Shown one piece after another: positions 38,269 to 47,136 of a stretch of DNA of 64,000 nt. Under the pieces are notes generated by a model. The model saw nothing but the letters and a program-made list of their open reading frames with translations. It had not been told where the DNA came from and did not search any database. Positions within the stretch are counted from its first letter, which is position 1. The number at the start of each line of letters is the position of its first letter. This DNA comes from Spirochaetia bacterium. Its GTDB lineage: Bacteria > Spirochaetota > Spirochaetia > SZUA-6 > Bin103. The stretch covers positions 2,246,093-2,310,092 of the forward strand of contig OZ251573.1 of assembly GCA_965243545.1 (NCBI GenBank), given 5' to 3'. The translations under genes were made by a program, and so were the position numbers.

Positions 38269-39369
38269 GTGAAAATCTGGACCTTGCCGGGTCCTGCGTC
38301 TTTTGTCGAAGGCATCGAGAATGCGATTCGGGATGGATCGAACGTCGTAATCCGGTTTCCCTGCCCAGTGCCTCCCGGGCTGGAGACAGAGTTGCGAGAG
38401 CGCTTGTATCCGGTATGTAGTGCGTGGACCTCCATCGACGCCTCAGCGGCGTCTGACCCATTGGTGTTCCTGCGCGAGCGCGTGTGTCCTGATGTCGCCA
38501 CACATAGGGTTCGGGGTATGGCGGAGTTAGCGGATACCGTTGCGTTTCAGGGGCGGCTTCTTTGGATAGAAAAGATTCGCCGGTGCAACTGGGCCCAGTG
38601 GGCTGTCGCTCTAGCGGCCTATGCCGATGCATGTCGTAGCGTGGACCTACTGAGTCGTACCCTGTTCATCGTCGTTCTGTCTGGCGCAACAGTTGAAGAA
38701 GGTGTCCCTGAAGAGGTCGCTCTCGTACGTCGGGACTTTCGCAATGTGGTAGATACGCTGGACCTATTCGTATTTGCGTTATTTCGGCTTTCGGGAAGGA
38801 TTGAGCATCTTGAACATCGCTCACTGGTGGCACACACGGTGTCGCAGGTGGCTCAGTGGGATTGTCTGCTTGCAGAACGGCTTCTGATCGAGCCGCTAGA
38901 GGCATTGAGCCCGGATTCGGCGCTTAGGGACTACGCGCGCCGCCGAGGGTGGACTCCGGCTACGTTTCGATGCTGGGAGAACGGGACAGTGGATGGTCCG
39001 GCGAATCGGCCCATCGTGCACTCTGCGCTCCTGACGGTCTCGAACGATTCGGCCTCGGTGAGTCAGAGAATATGGGCGGGTCAATCGGCGGTCCTGCTAC
39101 CGGTTGTCGAAGAACGGAGGATCGCCATTATACCTCGTTGTAGGCGCTATTTGAGACTACCTATTCGGACTCAAACAGGCGAATGTGTTTACGATCCCCG
39201 CGAGATGGAGATCGGTTCATTGGCGTGGCATCTCGACCGTACGAACGCTCCACGGGAGTTGAAGCAGCAAGCATGGTTTCTGAGTCGTATCCGTAACAAG
39301 CTAGCGCATATGGAGACCCTTCCACCCGAAGACGCTTTGAACCCTATGTTGCTACCAGAAGACGAATGA
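38269..39369 (+). CDS. hypothetical protein with C-terminal HEPN-like Rx4H motif
   Basis: GTG start 6 nt after the giant gene stop, with the same AT-richer composition. The C-terminus LKQQAWFLSRIRNKLAHMETL contains R-N-K-L-A-H, the R[NH]xxxH form of the HEPN RNase motif. There is no other recognisable motif. Confidence 0.45.
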   Translation: MKIWTLPGPASFVEGIENAIRDGSNVVIRFPCPVPPGLETELRERLYPVCSAWTSIDASAASDPLVFLRERVCPDVATHRVRGMAELADTVAFQGRLLWIEKIRRCNWAQWAVALAAYADACRSVDLLSRTLFIVVLSGATVEEGVPEEVALVRRDFRNVVDTLDLFVFALFRLSGRIEHLEHRSLVAHTVSQVAQWDCLLAERLLIEPLEALSPDSALRDYARRRGWTPATFRCWENGTVDGPANRPIVHSALLTVSNDSASVSQRIWAGQSAVLLPVVEERRIAIIPRCRRYLRLPIRTQTGECVYDPREMEIGSLAWHLDRTNAPRELKQQAWFLSRIRNKLAHMETLPPEDALNPMLLPEDE

Positions 39370-39381
39370 CCGTTCGAGGGC

Positions 39382-39455
39382 GGCGCTTCAGGATTTCGTG
39401 TGGCCGAGGTAGTCACGGGAGACGCCTGCGGGGTAGAGGTCAAGGCCGCCGAAGT
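39382..39455 (-). mobile_element. 74-bp remnant of the ISL3 element end (terminal IR plus last transposase codons)
   Basis: 39382-39455 matches 6895-6968 with a single mismatch seen by eye and encodes ...[20 protein letters not shown]. The similarity stops abruptly at 39456. Confidence 0.8.
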
Positions 39456-39885
39456 CCGGAGGTGTGGAAGTATGTGGTGTAGGGCAAGGTCGAGCGGTGC
39501 TCCGAGCATGACAGGCCCGCAGTTGCTTGTTCCGCCTTGGCGCCGCGCGGTGATTGCGCGTTTGTGCTGCTCGGAGAGACACATCACCGCGAGCTCTGCC
39601 CGACTGCTTGCCGGCGCGGCTTCGGCTGCTGCGCGGCTGCTTGGTGGCGCGGCTGCCCGGAACGCTGCGGGGGCTGGAACGGCCGTCGAGTCTGAGAAGG
39701 CCGTCGACGGGACGCGCACCGGTTGAGCGGCGCATACATACGGCGCAACCGCATCCCGACTGCGGGCGGGCACTGACCGCGCCACCAGCCGGGACGGCCC
39801 GCGGTAGACAATCCGGCCGGACGCCCGTACCATGACGCGAACGCGCTCCAAACCTGGGAGCAGATCGAAACACGGGGGGACTGTC

Positions 39886-40890
39886 ATGGCGCGGAGCGAC
39901 CTCCTCGTTTCGCTGGTGAAGGCCGGATCAAGCGGTGACGCAACGCGCGCCCGCTCCGTCACGGAAGCGATCATCGCTGAGGAACGTGCAAAACGTCACA
40001 ACGTGCTCGCTGAACGCCTGACGGAGGCGATGCGCATGAATGGCGCCGGGCCCGCGACGGCGAAATTCGCAGGGCACGGCCAGCGGCACCGGGAGTTTCT
40101 TCTTGAGTTGACCCCACGCCGTCGGATTGAGGACCTGATCCTCTCCGATCTGGCGCGGCGGGCGTGCGGCGAGTTGATCGAGGAGCAGCACCGGGCCGCG
40201 TTGCTGCGGGCGCATTCGCTTGAACCGCGGCACCGTGTCCCGCTGGTGGGACCTCCCGGCAACGGCAAGACGTCCCTGGCCGAGGCCATCGCGGAGGCGC
40301 TGGCGGTGCCGTTCTTCGTGGTGCGCTACGAAGCGATGATCGGCAGCTTCCTCGGCGAAACCGCCACCCGCCTGAAGCGAGTCTTCGACTACGCCCGAAC
40401 AACCCCGTGCGTACTGTTCTTCGACGAGTTCGACGCGGTAGGCAAGGAGCGTGGCGACGTTCACGAGACCGGCGAGATCAAACGGGTAGTTACGTCGTTG
40501 CTGATGCAGGTGGACGATCTGCCAAGCTACACCGTGGTCGTGGCGGCCACCAACCACGCCGAGCTGCTCGACCGGGCTGCGTGGCGCCGGTTCCAGGTGC
40601 GCCTTTTGCTCAACCCCCCGACGCGGCGAGATCTGACCGCCTATCTTGCGCGGTTCGCCGCCACTCTCGATGAACCGCTCGGCCGGACGCCCGACACGAT
40701 CGCCAAGACGCTTGGCGCGATCAGCTACGCGGAGGCTGAGGAGTTCTGTCGCGACGTGCGGCGCCGCAACACCCTCGCTCTAGGCGAGCAGCCGCTCGAG
40801 ACCATCGTTGCGGACCGATTGAAACTCTGGGCCGAGCGGTCGCGGGCATCCGTACGCGAGGAGAAAGCGGATGGCGGCGCAACATCGTAG
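39886..40890 (+). CDS. classic-clade AAA+ ATPase
   Basis: Walker A LVGPPGNGKTSLA. Walker B VLFFDEFDAVG. Sensor-1 VVAATNH. Arg-finger region DRAAWRRF. ATG 39886 is preceded by GGGGGGA. Confidence 0.8.
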   Translation: MARSDLLVSLVKAGSSGDATRARSVTEAIIAEERAKRHNVLAERLTEAMRMNGAGPATAKFAGHGQRHREFLLELTPRRRIEDLILSDLARRACGELIEEQHRAALLRAHSLEPRHRVPLVGPPGNGKTSLAEAIAEALAVPFFVVRYEAMIGSFLGETATRLKRVFDYARTTPCVLFFDEFDAVGKERGDVHETGEIKRVVTSLLMQVDDLPSYTVVVAATNHAELLDRAAWRRFQVRLLLNPPTRRDLTAYLARFAATLDEPLGRTPDTIAKTLGAISYAEAEEFCRDVRRRNTLALGEQPLETIVADRLKLWAERSRASVREEKADGGATS

Positions 40891-40900
40891 GAGCGCGGAG

Positions 40901-41191
40901 ATGGCGCCGCTTACCTATCTTGACACCGATGAGCAGGAGCTCATCGAGAGCATCGAGCAGGCGCCTCATCTCGGCGGGCGGCTCGATCCGGTGGAGGAAA
41001 GCAGGTTCCGGGAGCTGCTCAAGGGCGCCGCGCGCAGGAGACCCAAGGACACGGAGATCACCATGCGGATTTCTGCCGATGATCTGTTGGCCATCAAGGC
41101 GCTTGCCCGCCGGCTCGGCGTCGAGTATCAGCCGCTGATCGCGGAGGTGGTACACCAATATGCGCGGGGTCTGCTCAAGCGTTCCGGCTGA
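40901..41191 (+). CDS. CopG/BrnA-like ribbon-helix-helix antitoxin-family protein
   Basis: TEITMRISADDLLAIKALARRLGVEYQPLIAEVVHQYARGLL matches the K..i.iRl...dl..lK..A...G.pYQ.Li pattern. It is a paralogue of 43603..43911. Start chosen at ATG 40901. Confidence 0.55.
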   Translation: MAPLTYLDTDEQELIESIEQAPHLGGRLDPVEESRFRELLKGAARRRPKDTEITMRISADDLLAIKALARRLGVEYQPLIAEVVHQYARGLLKRSG

Positions 41192-41209
41192 CTGCGCGTC
41201 CCGCGTAGC

Positions 41210-42097
41210 TCAGCCTACCGGGAGCGTGCGTCCGGTATGGGCGCGGCCGATACGTGCGGTCTGTTCGCGGCCGCCGGAGATGATGCGCGCGCCCCGGTCG
41301 ATCTGCGCCGCCACCGTGTCGGGCGTCGCCCCGTCCAGGAAGGTCACGCCGTTGGCGGCGCAGGCGGCGCGCACCCGCTCGTTGGCCGCCACGACGCGCG
41401 GATCATGCCGGTCCGGGAGGCGGGTTACGCCGTAGGACACGTGCAGGTCGCCGGGGCCGCATTCGGCAAAGCCGATGCCGGGCACCGCCAGCATCTGTTC
41501 GATGTGCGCCACCCCGCGCACCGACTCCACCTTGATGCCGAGCAGCAGCTCGCCGTCCGGGTTGAGCGGCCAGGGGTCGCACGCGGCGATGTACTCGGAG
41601 ATGTCCAGACCCCAGATAGCGGCAGCCGACGGCTCGGAACCGACGCCGCGCGTGCCGCGTTCCAGTCCCCGGTCGACGCCGATCATGTTGCACGGGTACC
41701 GGCACGACTCGACGAACGCCCGCACGGCGTCCGGGGTCTCGGCTTGGCACAGCAGCACGCCGTGCGCCCCACGCCCCAGAATCTGGCGAAACTGCCAAGC
41801 GTTGTAGCGGACGATAGCTTCGCTCGCGCCTTCCACGGGCGCTTCGACGATCACGGCCGGCGTGCGGTGGCCGCCGTGGGTGGGACCGCCCGCGACCAAG
41901 CCCTCCAGATAGCGGTCCAGCCCGGCCATGTCGAAGGCGCCATGCTCCATGCCGACGTTGACATAGTCGGCCCAGGTGTAGGCGTCCCGCACTCCCTGTT
42001 CGCGGGTCAGGACGGCGCCGGTATGGCCGCCGGCGTAATAGACCGGCTGGCCGGCCGCCAGCAACTCGATCGCGCGGTTGACCCTCCTGGCTCCCAT
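41210..42097 (-). CDS. HpcH/HpaI-family aldolase-like protein
   Basis: The length and overall pattern (VNVGMEHGAFD, LLGIKVESVRGV, FAECGPGDL) resemble class II pyruvate aldolases of the HpcH family. Confidence 0.55.
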   Translation of the reverse strand: MGARRVNRAIELLAAGQPVYYAGGHTGAVLTREQGVRDAYTWADYVNVGMEHGAFDMAGLDRYLEGLVAGGPTHGGHRTPAVIVEAPVEGASEAIVRYNAWQFRQILGRGAHGVLLCQAETPDAVRAFVESCRYPCNMIGVDRGLERGTRGVGSEPSAAAIWGLDISEYIAACDPWPLNPDGELLLGIKVESVRGVAHIEQMLAVPGIGFAECGPGDLHVSYGVTRLPDRHDPRVVAANERVRAACAANGVTFLDGATPDTVAAQIDRGARIISGGREQTARIGRAHTGRTLPVG

Positions 42098-42135
42098 TCG
42101 TGCTCTCCTCGCGTCGCACCGGGCGTTGGCGCGGC

Positions 42136-42408
42136 TCAGGCCGACTCCGTCGTGTCCATTCGCTTGGTGAGATTGGCGAGATGATCCCGGCGCTTGCGCG
42201 CCAGAATGACCGCGCGGGCTACGTCGAACTCCGGACCGAGTTCGTCATAGGCAGCCCGGTATTCCGGATCGATGCTCCACTTCTCGTGAAGACTTTCTAC
42301 GCTGCTTCCGCCTTCTCGCTTGCCGTGTGGAGTCAAGTCCGTTTCCAATGTCCGGCCCGCACGCATCATAGCACCCCTTGTTGCGACCAGGCAACCCGTC
42401 CCTGCCAC
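42136..42408 (-). pseudogene. 3'-truncated XRE/HigA-like HTH antitoxin remnant
   Basis: EKWSIDPEYRAAYDELGPEFDVARAVILARKRRDHLANLTKRMDTTESA* follows the common W..DPE...Y..L.PEF......I.ARK..GLTQ.ELA.RMGT.QSA pattern but stops before the recognition-helix end. There is no partner toxin. Confidence 0.35.
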
Positions 42409-42499
42409 GAGGATGCAAACACGTGAATGACGCCCGGTTTCTGCGCCGATTCACGCCTTCTTGACGTGATCGCGTGAATGCGGCACCGTCTGACGGCGT

Positions 42500-43375
42500 A
42501 TGGCGACGCCGCAGCCGGTCAGAGCGCGCATCCGGGACCTGCGGCGGGAGTACGAGGCGTTGCGCGGCGGCAAGGAGTCGCTGCTGACCATGATCGACGA
42601 CGCGGAGATACCGGAGGGCGTGTACAACTCGAACGCCATCGAGAACTCGACCCTCACGCTCGACGAAACCGAACGTATCCTGCTGCAGCAGACGCTGTCC
42701 CGCAACGTCACCGTGCGGGAGGTCTTCGAGGCCCGGAATCTGGCGCGGGTGGTCGAGTACAGCCGCGCCAAGGCGGCCGCCGGCGAGCTGACGCGAGACC
42801 TGATCGTCCTGTTGCACCGGATGCTGATCGGCGGCATCGACGACGACATCGCCGGCCGGTTCCGCCGCACCGGAGAATACGTGCGCGTCGGCGCTCACGT
42901 CGCCCCGGCGCCCGAGCGGGTGGAGCCGATGATGGCTGCCGCGCTACGGGACTACGCCAGCGACCTCGACGCCTACTTCCTGGACCGGATCGCCCTGTTC
43001 CACCTGCGTTTCGAGACCATCCATCCGTTCTGCGACGGCAACGGCCGCATGGGCCGCGTCATCGTCAACTTCCATCTCTCCCGGATCGGGCTGCCGCCGA
43101 TCATCATCCGCGACAAGGAGAAAGACCGCTACTACCAGGCGTTCCGGGACTACCTGGACCGAAGCCGCAGCCAGACGATGGAACGCATCCTGGCGCTGGC
43201 GCTGCTGGAGTCGATGCACAAGCGCCTCGCTTACCTCAGGGGAGACTCCGTCGTCAGGTTGTCGGAGTACATCCGGCGGCGCGGCCTGTCGGCGCCGAGC
43301 GTGACCAACGCCGCGCGGCGCCAGACCATCCCGGCGTTCCGGGAGAAGGGGGTGTGGAAGATTGGCGATGAGTGA
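42500..43375 (+). CDS. Fic family protein (AMPylase-type)
   Basis: Canonical Fic motif HPFCDGNGRMGR. An N-terminal SNAIENSTLTLDET helix region is present. Confidence 0.85.
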   Translation: MATPQPVRARIRDLRREYEALRGGKESLLTMIDDAEIPEGVYNSNAIENSTLTLDETERILLQQTLSRNVTVREVFEARNLARVVEYSRAKAAAGELTRDLIVLLHRMLIGGIDDDIAGRFRRTGEYVRVGAHVAPAPERVEPMMAAALRDYASDLDAYFLDRIALFHLRFETIHPFCDGNGRMGRVIVNFHLSRIGLPPIIIRDKEKDRYYQAFRDYLDRSRSQTMERILALALLESMHKRLAYLRGDSVVRLSEYIRRRGLSAPSVTNAARRQTIPAFREKGVWKIGDE

Positions 43376-43602
43376 CGACCCGGTTGCTACGACTCTGGAC
43401 GGATCGAAGGCGCCGCGGCCGAGCGGGGGCGGACCTGCACGCCCGTCGCCACCGGCGTGCTGGGGCTGCCACCGGCCGAGGGCGTCCTGCAGCTGCGCCG
43501 CCGACAGCATCGCCACACGCAAGTCGCCGGTCCGGCCCGCCTGGCCTGTTGCCATAGAGCACACACCGCCACTATGATGGGCCGTGCGCCTGTTCGAGTG
43601 GA

Positions 43603-43911
43603 ATGACGAGAGAAGGACGCATGGCTGGGATCGGAATGACGCTGACCGAAGATGAGCAGGACATACTCGATTCAGTCGAACGAGGCGAGTGGAAGACTAT
43701 TCCCGATTTCGAGCAGGAAGCCGAGCGCTACCGCTTGGCCGCCCAAGCCACGCTACAGAAAAACAAGCGCGTCAACATTAGGATGTCGGAGCGCGACCTG
43801 AACCGGTTTCGGAAGGCAGCCCTACGCCAGGGGCTGCCGTATCAGACCCTCATTTCCAGCGTCCTGCACAAGTACATCAACGGGCGCATGGTCGACAAAG
43901 AAGCCACCTGA
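43603..43911 (+). CDS. CopG/BrnA-like ribbon-helix-helix antitoxin-family protein
   Basis: KNKRVNIRMSERDLNRFRKAALRQGLPYQTLISSVLHKYINGRM. It is a paralogue of 40901..41191. The real start is possibly the internal ATG at 43621 or 43636. Confidence 0.55.
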   Translation: MTREGRMAGIGMTLTEDEQDILDSVERGEWKTIPDFEQEAERYRLAAQATLQKNKRVNIRMSERDLNRFRKAALRQGLPYQTLISSVLHKYINGRMVDKEAT

Positions 43912-43918
43912 GTCGCTG

Positions 43919-46900
43919 ATGCCACCAGAGACAAAGCGCCGCGAGCTCGATAAATCCGTGGGCTCGATGACGTATCCGGCGGTGCGGAAGAACATTCCGC
44001 CGGCGGGGCTGGCGGCGCAGGGGGAGGTGCGCGAGAAGAGGGCGGGCGGTATGAGTACAATCCGCATCTGCCGCCGGCTTTGCGGTCGGCGCCGGACGCG
44101 GCGGCGGCGGACCGGCTGCCGGCGTTGCTGGAGACCGCCCGGCACCGGGCGCTCACGGAGGATGAAGCCGCGGCGCTGGCGGAGGCGTTGCGGCGGCATG
44201 AGCCGTGGCTGGAGTGGACGGGCAAGCGCGAGCGGCCGTGGTTCGAGGTCGATCCGGTGGCGCTGCACATGCACGAGCGGGTCTCCACGCAGGCGATCCT
44301 GCGGGTGCTCGCGCGCGGCGACGTGCAGCGCGATCTGTTCGCCGATCCGCAGCTCGATTACGCGCGGGCGGTGCAGTTCTACCGCCACGACATCGACTGG
44401 ACCAACCGCATGATCCTGGGCGACTCGCTGCAGGTGATGGCCAGCCTGGCCCACCGCGAGGACCTTGCCGGCAAGGTGCAGATGATCTACGTGGACCCGC
44501 CCTACGGGATCAAGTTCGCCTCCAACTTTCAGCCGCAGCTCGGCCAGCGCGACGTCAAGGACCGGCAGCAGGACCTGACCCGCGAGCCGGAGATGGTCAA
44601 GGCGTACCGCGACACCTGGACGCTCGGGGTCCACTCCTACCTCGCCTATCTGCGCGACCGACTGACGATGGCGCGCGAGCTGCTCAGCGACACCGGCAGC
44701 ATCTTTGTGCAGATCAGCGACGAGAATCTGCACCGCGTCCGTTTGCTCATGGACGAGGTGTTCGGCGTCAGCAAATTCGTGGTGACCATCAAGTTCTCCA
44801 AGAACGTCGGGGCTGGGCGGCCGGTTTCTGGACGAGACGTTCGATCATCTCATCTGGTTCGCCAGGGACATCGAACGGATCAGGTTTCGCCGGCCGTTTA
44901 TGGAGCGCGTCAGCGGTGAATCGGGGGCGACGCAGTACCGTTATTCGATGCGGCCCGACGGCTGGTTCAGCGAGTCCGACGACGAATCGGAAGGAAGGCG
45001 GTTTGCGCATGACAACCTTACGTCGCAGACGGGTAACGAGTCGACCGTGTTTCCGTTCGAGATCGACGGCTGGCCGATTTCCGCGCCGCGCAAGGGCGGC
45101 TGGAAATCCAACGCCGAAGGCATCCAGCGGCTGAAGCAGGCGCACCGCATCATTCGGGTCGGCAACACGCCGCGCTACGTACGGTACTTCGACGACGCGC
45201 CGAGCTTCCCGGTCGGATCTGGCTGGACGGACACCGGTATCAGCGGCTTCGGCGCGGAGAAAGAGTACGTCGTCCAAACCCATCCGCTGGTCGTGCAGCG
45301 CTGCATGTTGATGACGACCGATCCGGGCGACCTGGTGCTTGATCCGACCTGCGGGAGCGGCACCACGGCGTTCGTGGCCGAGCAGTGGGGGCGGCGGTGG
45401 ATCACGATCGACACCAGCCGGGTGGCGCTGACGCTGGCCAAGCATAGGCTGTTGACCGCCCGCTTCGACTACTACCGGCTGCGCGCACTGAGCGCCGAGG
45501 ACGTGGCGCGCAACCCGAACGGAACGTGGATCGAAGGAGCGGACGGCAACGGCGGGCCGAACGGCGAGCGGCTCACCCTCGACTGCCGCACCGTCCCGCA
45601 TATCACGCTCAAGAGCATCGCCCGCAACACCGCGCTCGATCCGATCTTCGCCCGCCACGAACCGATACTGGCCACGGCGCTCGCGGCGCTGAACCGGCAA
45701 CTCGTCACCATCACCCCGGAACAGAAACAAAAACTCGTTGAAAAGCTGATCGCCAAGCACCGCCGCGACGGCTCCAACGCCGTCACCAACGCGGACGTGC
45801 GGCGCTGGCTGCTGCCGGACACCTCGCCTGATCTGATCGTTCCGGTCGGCGCGCGCCGGCCGCTCAAGGCGGTCACCGCCCGGCAGGCCGCCAAGTACCG
45901 CGACCAGATTCCCGCCGGCGAATGGCGCGAGTGGGAGGCGCCGTTCGACGCCGACCCGGATTGGCCGCAGCCGCTGCAGGAAGCGCTGGCCGCCTACCGC
46001 GCCGCGTGGCGGGCGAAGATGGATGAGGTCAACGCCTGCATCGCCGCCAACGCCGAGACCGAGGAGCTGGTCGACAAGCCGGCCATCGTCAAGAACACCG
46101 TCCGCGTCGCCGGGCCGTTCACGATGGAAGGGGTGATCGCGCTCGAAGAAGGGCCGGGCACGCCGATCGGCGGCGCGCCGGAGGAGTTGGATAACTTCGG
46201 CGCCGAAGACGGGGCCGCCGCGGTCGCCAACGCCGAGGCGCACCTCGACAAGATGATCCGCCTGCTCAAGGCCAGCGGCGTGCAGTTTCCCGCCAACAAG
46301 AAGCAGCGCTTCGAGCGGCTCGACCCGGTCACCGGCGCCGCCCTGATCCACGCCGAAGGCGAGTGGCGCAACGGCGCCGGGGACGCGCGCCGGGTGGCCG
46401 TCAGCATCGGCCCGGAGGCCGGCAACGTGACGGCGTGGCAGGTCGAGGAGGTGGTGCGCGACGCCAACCGCGCCGGCTACGACGACGTGGTGTTCGCCGG
46501 CTTCGGCTTCGACGCCGCGGCGCAGGCCGCCATCGAACACTCCGCGCACCGCAACCTGCGCCTGCACATGGCGTTGATCAGCCCGGACGCGGCCCTCGAC
46601 GACCTGCTCAAGACGCAGCCCGGCAGCCAGATATTCACCGTATTCTCGGCCCCGCGCGTGGCCGGCCCCACCCGCCGGGAGGACGGCGACTACGTGGTCG
46701 AGGTGGAGGGGATGGACGTGTACGATCCGGTATCCAACACGCTCGCGCCCACCGACGCGGCGGGCATCGCCGCCTGGTTCCTGGACACCGACTACGACGG
46801 GCGCACCTTCTGCATCTGCCAGGCGTTCTTCCCCGACAAGAGCAAGTGGAGCCGGCTGGCGCGGGCGCTCGGCCGCACCGGGTTGGTGGAGGAGGCGGCG

Positions 46901-47047
46901 TTCGACGACCTGAGCGGCCTGCGCAGCCTGCCGTTCGCGCCACCGCCGGACCGCCGCCTGGGCGAGCCGTGGCGCATCGCCGTCAAGGTGATCGACCCAC
47001 GCGGCAACGAGGGCCTGCGCGTCCTCACCGTGGAGGAGCCGGCATGA
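43919..47047 (+). pseudogene. mod: Type III-like N6-adenine DNA methyltransferase (Mod), tandem copy 1, two frameshifts
   Basis: The reading frame is split over track ORFs 43919.., 44080..44919 and 44900..47047. Motifs are IYVDPPYGIKF (DPPY) and LDPTCGSGTTAFVA (AdoMet). Relative to copy 2 there is a 1-nt deletion near 44046 (GGGCGG-GCGG) and a 1-nt insertion near 44805 (AAGAACG vs AAGACG). Confidence 0.8.
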
Positions 47048-47074
47048 TCGACCGCATCGTCATCAAGAACTTCA
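43943..47074 (+). repeat. tandem ~3.1-kb repeat unit, copy 1 (mod plus first 31 nt of the ATPase gene)
   Basis: Collinear with 48874-51955 (offset 4930-4932). Its last kb is also collinear with copy 3. Antisense track ORFs 45175..45441 and 50105..50371 translate identically. Confidence 0.9.
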
Positions 47075-47136
47075 CGATACCGCGGGGTGCATCGACAACT
47101 TGCAGCCGAAGTGATACATTGCGCCAGGAGGACGAC

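Noticed and set aside
39456-39885. ORFs 39189..39974 (-), 39388..39873 (-) and 39400..39726 (+) in the gap after the IS remnant.
   Set aside because: They are mutually overlapping, have low-complexity high-GC translations and carry no motifs. The first two only borrow the transposase-tail codons. The region is left unannotated.
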